In this document: positions 12,537 to 23,884 of the stretch, one piece after another | How positions within the stretch are numbered: the stretch's first letter is position 1 | How the letters are laid out: the number at the start of each line of letters is the position of its first letter | Source: Podarcis tiliguerta | Taxonomy: Eukaryota | Strand: one strand, 5' to 3' | Assembly (NCBI GenBank): GCA_965153285.1 | Contig: OZ229113.1 | DNA length: 64,000 nt | Position numbers and translations under genes: made by a program | The notes under the pieces: generated by a model | Told to the model about the DNA's origin: nothing | Databases searched by the model: none | The model's input: the letters and a program-made list of their open reading frames with translations, nothing else

Positions 12537-13301
12537 CTAGGAAGAGAGGGAAGAACTTTAGTTAGTGCTTTTTGCAACTTACCATCTGTACTTTTCAGAA
12601 ACAATTGAAGATACTGTTTTGACAAACTTTTCCACCTGGATTTTTTAAAAAAAATATATTATAGCACCCAACTGTAAATAAAATCTCTAAGCAGTTTATG
12701 AAAAGGTCTCTGCCTTAGATGTTCCTTCTGTATTGTTTTTAATATACCTTTAGGACATATTTTGGTACTGTTTACCTGTTTTATAGTTTATTTGTAAATC
12801 GTCTTAAAACATGTAAAAGGAGATTAATAAATAATCTGCAGTAAAACTCAACTGTCTGATGTGCAAAGATGAGGTACTGAATAAACCAGGACGCTGTACT
12901 GGCACACACAAACAGTAGGAAGACACTTATATGTTTTGTATCAAGCTGTTTGTTATTTTTAAATTACATATAATATACACATGGCTAATTTTCATTACAA
13001 TAATATTGGTTAAGATCCAAAAAGTCTCATGTACAAATCTAAAATATTCTCATACTTAAAAGGATTCTTCAGATTCCCTCCATCCCTGCAGTCATCCTAA
13101 ACCACCCCCCTCAACTTAACAAGAGTTTATGGGATGTATGGGGAAAGACTCCTGCAAAGCCTAGTTTATGGCTTTTTGAATCCTGTTTATATTTTATAAA
13201 GCCATCTTGATAAAATTAACAAACGGTAAATAAATACCTAAAATAATACAATAAAAACAATCACTACTTTTTAAACTGAAACAGTGTTAAAGATAGGTTA
13301 C

Positions 13302-13456
13302 CTTGCATTTCTTTTTTCTACATCAGAGCTTCCAATGCTATTTCTGTATACTGTATCAGCAAGATGAACAAGATATCTACAGAGGTTTTCTAGATGTGAT
13401 ATTGTCTTACTTCCTTTAAGATTAGTGAACCACTGTTTAGGGAAACAACTGATTAC
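13302..13456 (-). CDS. PAXBP1: PAXBP1 exon 17 (155 nt; VISCFPKQWFTNLKG...DVEKRNAR)
   Basis: ag/gt boundaries, frame continuity, GCFC-region peptide. Confidence 0.95.
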
Positions 13457-14669
13457 CTATAGAATTGAGAAGAAAAGAGTGGTTTAGAGTATAAGGTTGA
13501 AGCAGCAATTACTGAGTCTGTTGTTTTTGACTTTGCTGTTTTTGTGTTTTAGTTGCTGGTTTGCTGAATTTCATCTGTGCTATAGGAATCTGCCTTTAAA
13601 GAGCTTACTCTGAAAGGCAATATATATGTGAACCTCTACCATTTTGGCTGGTTTCATTATCATGATTTTCATCATTGTTTATTATTATTCGTAAAAGCAC
13701 CTAATATGCATTCATATTGTACAAAAATATTAACAAGTCCTTGGCCAGATTCACAATTTAATTAAAATATTTCGTATCACCTTTCAGCAACTGTCAATAA
13801 AAAACTTTTATATCCTTTGATATCAATTTATTAATTTTACCAAAAACATGGACAAACCTGAAGTCTTATGATTGTCAAGTGATCTCTGTGTAAGTGATTA
13901 ACATAAAATTTTTAGAAATAAAGCCTGGCAGTTTCTGTGGCTGGCTGGTGTGGTAAGCTTTTTGCTGTACTATCATTTTAATCTCATCCTTTCACTAAGT
14001 CAAGAAAGCAGGATATGTGGAGTTCTCAATTTTTTTTGCAAAACAGTGCTATGTAAATATTTCAGAAAAGATAATGACTTGGCTTAGGTCACTCAAGCAG
14101 GCTTCAGGGCTGAATGGAGATTTCAGTGTGGACTGTTGTTCACTTTTATACCCAACTTTCTAGCCATTACACTGCACAGCATCTTAATAAATTTGCAGTA
14201 TACTGGCCTGGTTCACACATCATATGTAAACAAACTATGGTTTAATGTGATCAAATACTGTTCTAGTGCACATTGCTGTAAAGCTCCAGAAAAGCTCCTC
14301 CCTGCTTCTGCCATATCACAGCTGGTTTGTTGTGTTGTCTGAACTATGACTCAGGCAACTGGGAAAAACAAACCACAGGTGGTCAGCCAAGAACAAACCA
14401 TGGGTAATGCTTATGCTTTATATGGAGAAAAACAAACAATGAGTCTGGCTTCAGGTGACATGACAGAACAGATTCCGGCTTCTTTTGTTTGTGACACAGC
14501 AGCAGCAAGACTGCATGAACTTTTGAGCAGTGTGTACTAGGATGCTGATCCTTCATGTTAAGTCACAGTTTACTTTAAATCACGATTTCATGTGAAGATG
14601 CAAATCAGGTCACTTAAAAAGGATGCTTAACAATAGAAATGAACAATTAAACGTTACACTTTTACTTAC

Positions 14670-14816
14670 ACTTTGAGCTTTCTTAATGCTATCATCTCCA
14701 TACTCAGAATTCTGGAAAGCCATAAGAATGTATCTATTTAGCAATCCATCTATTGATAACTCTTGTAAGGTTTTGTTGGAAAGGATTCCATGCCACTGCA
14801 GAAAGTTTCCTAATAA
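14670..14816 (-). CDS. PAXBP1: PAXBP1 exon 16 (147 nt; LLGNFLQWHGILSNKTLQELSIDGLLNRYIL...KKAQS)
   Basis: ag/gtaagt boundaries, conserved peptide. Confidence 0.95.
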
Positions 14817-15329
14817 CTGAACATAGATAATAAAAAGTTGAATATAAAAAGCAGAACTATTAAAATATACATCATTTACATCTGCAGATAATTATCAATG
14901 AATGAAAACATTTCCATTTTAAATACAGAATTTAAATCTGAATTATATGAGCCATGAGTATCCATATTTTCTGCTAAGGGGTATTGTGTGTTATTAAAGA
15001 GGACTGCTAGCTCTCTTGCTGGAGTAGGAATTTGTTCTAGCCTGAAGGGACAAATAACCAAACCTAACATTTCTGTAGTACAAATCAGTCAAAATTAAGC
15101 CTGGATACTACTGATTTCCATTAGAAAAAGTTACGCGTTCTTCTTTTCTCAAGCAATATGTATTTTTATGGGAACCTATAAACCACAAAACATGAAATAT
15201 TAAGTATTGCTGCCATCAGAAAAGTGGCCAAAATTCTCTATGTGGCAGCTACAATTACTGACCAGCTACAGAAATAAAATTGATTCCAGAGTGAGACTAC
15301 ACACTATCAGTACTTCAGAACTTTGAATT

Positions 15330-16225
15330 AGGCCTGGAAACTAACTGGCAGCCACTGGAGTTGGGTCAGGATTGGTATTATATGCTCAACCCATCTTGCC
15401 CCAATAAGCAACCTGGCCACTGAATTCTATACCAGTTGAAGTTTCTGAACCATCTTCAGAGGCAGCCCCATGTATAGCATTGGAGTAATCTAACCTAGAG
15501 GTTATTAGAGCAGAGACGACAGAAGTTAGGCTATCCCTGCCAGATAGGGGCACCACCAAGGCCACCTGAGCCTCAAACGACAGTAATAGATCCAGAAGTA
15601 AAACTAAAAAAAAAGGAAGACCCAGAAGTACTTCCAAGCCCAAGTACCTGCTCTTTCAGAGGGAGTGTAACCCCATCAAGAGCATGGAACCTCCCATTCA
15701 TCCGGTCTAAGGAATGACCCACTAACAGTGCCTCAGTCTTAGCTGGATTGAGCTTCATTTGATTGGCTTTCAACCAGTCCCATTATCGAGGAAAGACAAC
15801 AGTCCAGCACATCCACTTGCAGGTTTAAAGGAATAGAACTGTCTGTGGTATTGCTGACAATGCACTCCAAAACTCCAGATGTCCCCACTCAGTGGTTTCA
15901 TGTAGATGTGAAACAGCATGGGGGATAAAACTGAACCCCGAGGAACCCAACACTGAAGGCTCATGGGGCTGAAATGCGCTCAAGCATCACTCTCTGGAAA
16001 CCATCATCCAAGCAGGACTGTAACCACCGCAAAGCAGTGCCACCTACCCTCAACTCAACCAGCCACTTCAGGATACCAGGGTCAATGGTATCAAAAGCCA
16101 CTGAGAGGTCAAGGAAAATTAACAAGGACACATTTCCCCTGTCTCTCTCCTAACATAGGTAATCATACAGGACAAAGTAGTTTCTGTGCCAAAACTGGGC
16201 CTCAATCCTGATGAAAATGGATCTA
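15330..16225 (-). mobile_element. L2-clade LINE ORF2 (RT) fragment
   Basis: Frameshifted RT motifs VPRGSVLSPMLFHIYMKPL, MKANQMKLNPAKTE and LITSRLDYSNA. Confidence 0.88.
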
Positions 16226-17319
16226 GGAAATTTAGTAACAAACATTTCCCTGGACTATTATGCCTCATGAATTTCAAATTTCGGTTATTGATGTTTCAGA
16301 TTCAGAACACTCAAAAACTTATTTCGTTTAACTATATAAAGAATTCATAGTTAAAAACTACATGTAACATTAGCACTTTCAAAAATGCACTTGTCCTCTT
16401 AATACCACGTATATACAGTAACTTTAAATATACAACAGGGATGGAGTATGTGTGGCCCTCCAACTCCCATAAGCCCAAGTCAGCATGGTCAATGATCAGG
16501 GATGATGGAAGCCTCAATAAGCATGGGGCAGTGGGGTGGGGTGAGATGACGACACCTTTTATGCCCTTTGGCATAAAAGGTGTCGTCAAGGGCTGCATTC
16601 TGTTACGGTAACCGTGCAGGTGCTGTTTATCAGTAGTGGGTGGGGACAGATACAAAAGTGAGCAGCACAATGGGTGAGACTCTTACCTTTATACAGTAGG
16701 TCACAATCCACTCACACAAATGTCAGAACTTACACCCCCCCCCTCCATCTTCCTTCCAGACAAGCAAGAGGCATCATGACAGTTCAAGGACACATACTAA
16801 ACAGGCAAAGGCACTTGTGGGAGGCTGTGTGGTCTAAGGAGTTTTGAGAGCACAGGGTTGAGAGAATAGTGCATATGTGGTCTTCCATACACACAGCCTT
16901 CGGAATCCAACGTATGCAACACGACAGCCATGCACCATGATAATCTAAGACAAGTGTTGCCAAAACAGGACCCATGAGCACACATATGCCCAGAGACCTT
17001 CTCTGCAGGCTGGTTGGTGCTCTCCCCAAAGTTAGACTTATAATAATTCTACTATACACAGAACAGGTTGTGGTGTACACATGGTTGCAGGTGTGTGTGC
17101 TGCCCACAATTCTGCTGGTTTGCAAATGTGCTCAGGGGGCCAAAAAAGGTTGGTGACCCTGAGCTAAGGTCACAAATGCAGCAATGCTGGGTTTGGAGTC
17201 AACATGCCTACTTTCTTCCACAAACAAATTCACTTCACACTCAGAGTCAGTTACCAGTTATCAAAAGTAAACTTCAGTAGCGCTCCTAAGTTTGAAACTT
17301 CATCTGTTTGCTAGCTCAC

Positions 17320-17386
17320 CTTCACTGAAGACCAAAACTGCCGCTGGAAAAACAAGTAAGGACCAGAGTTCTTGTTTTCTAAGACA
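17320..17386 (-). CDS. PAXBP1: PAXBP1 exon 15 (67 nt; VLENKNSGPYLFFQRQFWSSVK)
   Basis: ag/gtgag boundaries, conserved peptide. Confidence 0.95.
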
Positions 17387-17492
17387 CTGAAAAATAAAAG
17401 TTTTATTTAAACTTCAGTAGTATAGATGACGTGAACTGTTGATGTGATCTATTGTCATAATACTAAAAGATTCTGCAAACCAATAATCTTAC

Positions 17493-17569
17493 CTTTTGGG
17501 ATAAAGTGGCATGAATACATCATCATCTAATGTTCTCCTCATTCTAAGCAAGAGGCCTTTTAGTAATGT
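17493..17569 (-). CDS. PAXBP1: PAXBP1 exon 14 (77 nt; TLLKGLLLRMRRTLDDDVFMPLYPK)
   Basis: ag/gtaag boundaries, conserved peptide. Confidence 0.95.
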
Positions 17570-18572
17570 CTGAAAGAGTTAAAATTTAACATAAGATTGT
17601 GAAATATTTTTTAAATTTCTTTTTAGCACAAATCTAACCAAATATCCCAGTAGATACTTGTGCTAGAGAAGTCTGTCATGATACCAGATTATTTTTACCA
17701 ACTTTATATTTTCTATTAATTTGAATTATGCAAGTTAGCACGAATGGGAGACATTAAATTATGAAAAAAAATGGGAGGCACTGAATTTGTGTATGCAAAA
17801 CAGGGTCTTCAGGTGGTCCCTGAAGGTCTTTTGTACAAGGACAGGATTTGTTTTCAGCATGTCCTAGAAACAAGTCCCATAAAAGTCACTAAAAACAGTG
17901 GTCTGGATGCAATTGATTGTGAGAGGATTTTGTTCATCTAATTGTGCTTCTCTGCCTCTTGCTGCAGCCTCCTGGAGACAACAGATTTTCAGTTAAAAGA
18001 GGGGATAAATAAGTTTTTAGTTTTCTTTAAAAGCAGACTGATCTATTTATATCTGGAATATGACTGGCAATTTCTAAGCTACGTTTGATTAGGTGTTTCT
18101 GAAGAAGGAGTATCAGATATTTTGGAAATGATCACAATTCAGAGAGTTTAACTTAGCGGGCAGCATTAAGCCATGGGCATAGTAGTGATATAAATATAAC
18201 CTCTCCTGGTGTTATATGAAAACATTCCATCAGGGACCTTTGTAAACTTTCTTATGAGTTCTGCAACTCTCATTTGCAGTCTGCTATTTTCATCATTCCA
18301 ATAAAGCAATGAACAGAGTAGTGATACAATGACTACTGCAATCAACACAAGATAATATTACCAAGGTAACTATCTGTAAACAAACAATAAACGTCCATGA
18401 AAATGGCAAAAGTAGTTTATTTTCAAAATAGGTTTTATCTTAAACAATTGCAAATGCAGTAAATAAAGAGTTCACTTTTAAAATACCAGTGGTTCAGTGC
18501 CTGGACGTTGTTCTGGTAATCCAGCATTTCAACAATAAAGAGCATAGTCATCAAGCTTTGTAGTAAATAATA

Positions 18573-18782
18573 CAGTAGCACCTCGGGTAATGTAAACTTT
18601 GAGTTGCGAAAGTGTCTACTGCGCTGCGCACATGCACAGAAGCGCTCTACCATTTCTGCACATGCACAGAAGCGGTTTGCTGCCACAAGCACATGCGCAG
18701 AAGTGGTCCCTCCAGTTGCGGAAACCTCGGGATCCGACCAGAGCTCTGAAACGGATCCCATCCGCAACCAGAGGTACCACTG
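18573..18782. mobile_element. Tc1/mariner (Tigger/pogo-like) MITE
   Basis: Termini CAGTAGCACCTC / GAGGTACCACTG flanked by TA on both sides. Internal repeats of gcacatgcacagaagcg. Confidence 0.8.
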
Positions 18783-19142
18783 TATACAAGAGAACACTGT
18801 ATACAAGAGAAGACAGAATGTAAACCACTTAAAGCAGGGGTATATCTGTTCCCATCTGCATGTTTCCATCAGGAGGAACATAAAAAGAGGACGATGGACA
18901 GAAACTACTTTTGCTATTTTTATGGACATTTATTGTTTGTTTACAAATTTTCATCATTCCAGCAACACAACTGTGACACACCAATCCCTAAATAGTTACC
19001 AGTTACATAACACAAGGGAACTACAATTGCTTCTATTTTAAAATTAATTTAGGATTGAGTGCAAAACATGAGTAAATGTCTTAACAGTAGCAACCAGACA
19101 TAGCAGTCCAGTCCTACAAAAAGATAAAAGAAATTTTTTTAC

Positions 19143-19264
19143 CTGTGTGTTTTTGTTTTCTGCATGTACCACTGATGGATAACCATTTACTAGTTTCTGG
19201 GTAATGGCTACCATCCTAGATGTCTGTGTTGTAGAAAAAGGGTCCCATACATTTTCAGCAAGTA
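19143..19264 (-). CDS. PAXBP1: PAXBP1 exon 13 (122 nt; VLAENVWDPFSTTQTSRMVAITQKLVNGYPSVVHAENKNTQ)
   Basis: ag/gt boundaries, conserved WDPFST motif. Confidence 0.95.
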
Positions 19265-19374
19265 CTAACAACAACAAAAAAGAATTATTACTTCTCAAAT
19301 CTAAGTGTTTAGATGATGTTGCTAAAAATTAGAAACTGCTGTGCTTTTAAAATGACTGTATGTTTATAAAGTAC

Positions 19375-19519
19375 CTGTTAATTTAGGCAGAAGCACTCTT
19401 TCCACAATAGTAGGCAATAGTGAAACATCAGCATCATCTTTCTCTTGGTCATATTCTTCACATCCATAAAATAGCAAAGATTCAAACCACAGCATACTCT
19501 CAAAGTCTTGGCACTTGTC
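19375..19519 (-). CDS. PAXBP1: PAXBP1 exon 12 (145 nt; DKCQDFESMLWFESLLFYG...LPTIVERVLLPKLT)
   Basis: ag/gt boundaries, conserved peptide. Confidence 0.95.
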
Positions 19520-19550
19520 CTATTAAAATAAACCATTGCTACTATAAATA

Positions 19551-19881
19551 CAGTGGTGCCCCGCAAGACAAATGCCTCGCAAGACAGAAAACCCGCTAGA
19601 CGAAAGGGTTTTCTGTTTTGGAGGTGCTTCGCAGGACGAATTTCTCTATGGGCTTGCTTCGCAAGACGAAAATGTTTTGCGATTCCTGGGGGGGTTTTTT
19701 CGCTCCCCACCCCCTTTTTCTAAGGCACTGAGCTGCTAATAGCCTTTTAGCAGCTAATCCGCTAATCCCTTAAGCCTTTAATAGCCTCTAATCCGCTAAT
19801 GGGCTTGCTTCGCAAGATGAAAAAACCGCAAGACGAAGAGACTCACGGAAAGGATTCTTTTCGTCTTGCGAGGCACCACTG
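19551..19881. mobile_element. Tc1/mariner (Tigger-like) MITE, 331 bp
   Basis: TIRs CAGTGGTGCCCCGCAAGAC / GTCTTGCGAGGCACCACTG with TA TSDs (19549-50, 19882-83). Internal cgcaagacgaa repeats. Confidence 0.9.
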
Positions 19882-20199
19882 TATGGTTTTTAAAACAAAA
19901 TACTAATCAAGTGTGAACACTCTATCAATATGTTAGTACAAACATTTAGGCTAGGTGCCTCCTTTTCAGAATGTCCTTGTAGAGCCAGGAGCACATCATA
20001 TTTTCTGAGGCTGTGCTGGCACTGATGTCAGCATGTTTTTTTCAGTCACCTATTTGCAAACTACTGCGTCAAGGCTGATCAAGTTGTAGAAGCCACTGTT
20101 CTGCACTGCAATACCATCAATATACTGTCGCAGCAGACTGACAAAGCAGCTAGTTTCTGTAGTTCAGAAGATGCCATTTGGACATTTATGACCCAAGGT

Positions 20200-20400
20200 G
20201 GCTTCCAACACATATAAAAACATAATAAAACATTAAACTTTAAAAACTGCTGATACAGGGCTGCCTTCAGATGTTTTCTAAAAGTTGTATAGTTATTTAT
20301 CTTCTTGATATCTAATAGGAGGCCGTTCCACAGGGATGGCCCCACTGCCGAGAAGACCCTCTGACTGGCTCCCTGTAACTCCTCGCAGTAAGGCCCTCAG
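20200..20400 (-). mobile_element. L2-type LINE 3' end fragment
   Basis: Translates to GPSLWNGL...TFRKHLKAALY, typical of the L2 ORF2 C-terminus. Confidence 0.65.
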
Positions 20401-20486
20401 ATCCAGGGCTTCTAATCACTTCTATGTAACCATTTTGCCTTGTTTAACAAACAGAACACAGTGAGCATGTTTCAACTTTCTCTCAC

Positions 20487-20686
20487 CTCCAAAGGGTTCC
20501 AGGTAAGTAACTGAAGTCTTATTAAAGGATTTAATAGCTTAGGTAAACAAAGGCCAATATAAGCATCATTGTAAGAAGACGAATACTTGAAACGCCATGC
20601 TTCAAACTGCGACTTAATGGCGTCAATGGATGAAAAGTTTTCTACCACATCTTCAAAAACTTTGCTGGACTCCTTCAAAATGCGAT
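20487..20686 (-). CDS. PAXBP1: PAXBP1 exon 11 (200 nt; DRILKESSKVFEDV...YIGLCLPKLLNPLIRLQLLTWNPLE)
   Basis: ag/gtgag boundaries, start of the GCFC domain. Confidence 0.96.
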
Positions 20687-21794
20687 CTAGGATAACAGTA
20701 TTTTAAACAGCATAAATTAATCTCCTGCTTTATATCTGCAATGCAGTTTCAGGCAAACTTTCAAGCAAATATACTATAAAGAAATTGTTAATATCTATAC
20801 TGCTTTGGTCAGATGCAGAGCTGAATGTGCACAAAGAGGCTGGTAGAAGCCAACTTTCCTACCCTTTCTTCCTCATAGCAGTCTCCTATGTCCTCTGCAA
20901 ATACTCTCACTGAGCGGCTTGGGACCCTGCTAAATGGTGGTGCATTATGGTGGTGGCTGAGTGGAAATGGGGAGATGGCCTTTTCCTAATTTCTAGGGAT
21001 CCCTCCCTTTCCCCCTTTTTCAACAGGATCTAGACCCTTACCAGAGGGTGCTGGAGCGGGGGACTACCAGGGAAGGAAGGAACAAAGTCAGCTTCAGCCA
21101 TCCCTGTGACACAGTTCAGTCTGAATCTAGCCCTTTCTATTGTTTGTATTCTGCCTTTTTATAGCAATGGCATAACAAAGTTATTTTTTTCTTAAGAAGT
21201 TGGTTTTACAACTACAGTGTTTACCTCAATGTATGAAAGTACATGACTTGATTCGAGAGTGTGCCTGTGGTGATAATCACTTGAAAGCACAGCATCATGG
21301 AAGTAGTTCCATGCGGCAAAAAAAACCCTGTGAATAGTTCCACTTCAAAGGAAATACATGTAATTATGACACTTACACCCTGTCTTTTGTCTCTAACACG
21401 TCTTGAAGGAGGCATGCAATGAAATTCCTGATCCTGACTATTCAGAGAAAAGCAGCAGTCAAAAGAGAATAAAGAGGAACATGGTATGAGCCAAGAAGCC
21501 TGACTTCTGTAGAGTGAGTGTGTGTGTTTTACAGCAGGAGGTTCTCCTTGCTAGTAAGATAAGGGTTAGACTAGGGCTGGAATTCCTTCTCCAGCTGCCT
21601 GAAATGAATGGCTGATGATGGCAGGGAGCAGCATTGGCCTGTCATTCTACAGATGAGATAATAATTCCACATTTAAAGTTGCTTTTAGAGCATGGTTGAA
21701 AGTGTCATACAATCTAATCAAATAAAATTTTCTCTACAGAATACTGCGATCTAGATATTACTATGACTTCTGACATTAAGATGAATAATCTGAC

Positions 21795-21910
21795 CTCGTT
21801 CCATATTGAAGTTTGTAGTATCTGTTGAAGTTTCTTCGTCATCACTAGAAAGGCCTTCAAGGTGATCAGCCATCTTCCCAGATTGCTCTCTGGCAAGTCT
21901 ACGACGAGCT
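21795..21910 (-). CDS. PAXBP1: PAXBP1 exon 10 (116 nt; ARRRLAREQSGKMADHLEGLSSDDEETSTDTTNFNMER)
   Basis: ag/gtcag boundaries, conserved EGLSSDDE motif. Confidence 0.95.
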
Positions 21911-22339
21911 CTATTAAAATGAATAGAACACAATGTTGCATTAAAGTTAGAAAACCAAGCTTTTCCCAAACAAAGGGTACCTGTTATTTTAAGGAGGGAT
22001 GCATCCTTCCTGCTCTCCCTTATTTCAAGAGGAAATGAAGCAGAGTTGAAGCCATCTGACATGTTACAGGACTTGTGTAATTTGATGACTAGTACCTCAG
22101 CCCTGAACATTTTGCTACTTTCCCCTTCTTAGTTTGGGATTTGTCATATATCTAGCAGCCAGCTTCCACCTCCACTGTGCCACACCATGTAAGAATCAAG
22201 CAATGTTCTACCTACAAGGTGAGTGGCCCATCATTTATCTGCAAGCACGTGAATATGTAGGCTGTATACTACGTAGAGACAGCAATCATACAAAACATGC
22301 ATTCCAATACATATAGAAGTAACCTAAATGCTGTTGTAC

Positions 22340-22439
22340 CTTCTTGCTTCTCTTTCTGCAGTCCGCCTTTTAACATGTTCTTGGTACAGTGTTCTGTCTC
22401 GTCCAAAAGAATCAAGGTTTGGTGCCATCAGGGCTTTAC
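22340..22439 (-). CDS. PAXBP1: PAXBP1 exon 9 (100 nt; KALMAPNLDSFGRDRTLYQEHVKRRTAEREARR)
   Basis: ag/gt boundaries, conserved peptide. Confidence 0.95.
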
Positions 22440-22798
22440 CTGTGAGAGTACAAACACTGAAATTAGAACACCCATTCTCCAGTTACAGGAAGCATAATAA
22501 TGACAGTGTTTTTAGCGGGGATTTTTCTCAGCGGGTCCCTATAAATCTGCAATACATCTATAAGTTTGACAATTATAACCCCCACACAGATAAAGTGGTG
22601 GCGGCTGAATTATCTTCTGAAGCGATTACCAACTGGGTAAAATATTTGAGTGCCTTCATCATTATGTGCAAAAAAAAAAAAAAGTCACAATCAACTTATC
22701 ACTCAGAACTCTTCAGTAACAGTAAACACTTAAAAAAATTACAACATAAAAAACTGTCCGTATTGTTTAAAAAAAGCATTAGTGTTCAACATTTATAT

Positions 22799-22965
22799 GG
22801 AGTCAGACCATTGTTCTATCTAACTCAAATTGTATGCAGTGACCGGCAGCAGCTATCCAGGGATTCAAGCAGGGGACATTTTTAGTTCTACCTAGAGATG
22901 CCAGAGATTGAACCTGGGACTTCGGCATGCAAATCAGATGCTCTGTCACTGAGCTACAGCCCTTC
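22799..22965 (-). mobile_element. tRNA-derived SINE (Squam3-like)
   Basis: Head GGGCTGTAGCTCAGTGACAGAGCA...CCAGGTTCAATC with Pol III A/B boxes. Same family as 5549-5733 and about 38820-38905. Confidence 0.75.
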
Positions 22966-23699
22966 CCCTCTCCATACAAAAAAATAAAGAAAAATAGTCC
23001 TTTAGTACATCTAAAACAGGTCACATTTCTATTCTTGGTGAACAGCACTGAAGAGTATCAGGAACTGACAGATTTTCAGTTGGTATTAAGACAATTAGTA
23101 CTGTTGTAGGCTACAATCTGATATCTGATTGTTGTCATATACTGAACATTTGAAAACAAAAACTAGAGAATTTTGGGATGAATTTTCCTATTATCTACCA
23201 GCTTGGTATCAAAGAGGGAATAAGATTTTACCATAAGTACTCACTTTTGCATAATTTATTTTACAAATTTGTCCTAGCAAAATTGCCTAATACATATAAG
23301 ACAGGAAGGTTAGCACACGTATTATTTGGTCTAATGTTTGACGTAATGAAGGCATGCATGGCAAACTGTACCTAGATTGTGTTGTGTGGGTGGGGGGCTT
23401 TTTGTAAGCTGCAGAAATAAATATTATTCAAAAGCTAAACTTTGATCAGAATCGCCTACATGTTTTTTTAGGTTTAGAGAACATTCTAAAAAATACTTTC
23501 AGGAAGGGAGGAAAAGACAACATACAGTTACACACACATCTAACGTGTAAAAAGGGATCGAAGCAAGATGCTATGGCTTTCAATCACTGAGACAGAGAAC
23601 AGGAAAGGCACTGTATAGAGTCTGAGCTAAGATTCTTTAATCTGATTTTTTTTCTACCAGATTTAAACCAGACATGCTTTCTGGTTTCACTTTAAATTA

Positions 23700-23863
23700 N
23701 NNNNNNNNNNNNNNNNNNNNNNNNNNNNNNNNNNNNNNNNNNNNNNNNNNNNNNNNNNNNNNNNNNNNNNNNNNNNNNNNNNNNNNNNNNNNNNNNNNNN
23801 NNNNNNNNNNNNNNNNNNNNNNNNNNNNNNNNNNNNNNNNNNNNNNNNNNNNNNNNNNNNNNN
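23700..23863. other. Assembly gap (164 N)
   Basis: Run of N. Confidence 1.
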
Positions 23864-23884
23864 AAGTTCGTTAATCAGGAGCAC
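23761..23884 (-). CDS. PAXBP1: PAXBP1 exon 8 (partial; only VLLINEL visible, rest in gap; end inferred from a 124-nt exon)
   Basis: Acceptor tttttacag|GTGCTCCTGATTAACGAACTT resembles the recalled human VPLINEL. Flanking phases (0 and 1) require a 3n+1 exon. Confidence 0.8.

Noticed and set aside
18234-18247. Possible 18S rRNA guide next to the D-like box (complement includes CCTTTGTA)
   Set aside because: Only about 8 contiguous matches to recalled rRNA sequence, below the usual 10 or more for a methylation guide.
18435-19041. 145-164 aa ORFs with CAHAQKR-type repeats
   Set aside because: They arise from internal repeats of a non-autonomous MITE.
19551-19881. Spaced short repeats superficially like a CRISPR array
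   Set aside because: Eukaryotic MITE with TIRs and TA TSDs, irregular spacing, and no cas genes.
22328-22885. 185-aa plus-strand ORF
   Set aside because: Antisense to exon 9 and runs through a poly-A tract and into a SINE. No homology recognised.
22900-22965. tRNA-like sequences (also about 5670-5733, 38850-38905, 45660-45733)
   Set aside because: They are degenerate SINE heads attached to SINE bodies, not intact cloverleaf tRNA genes.
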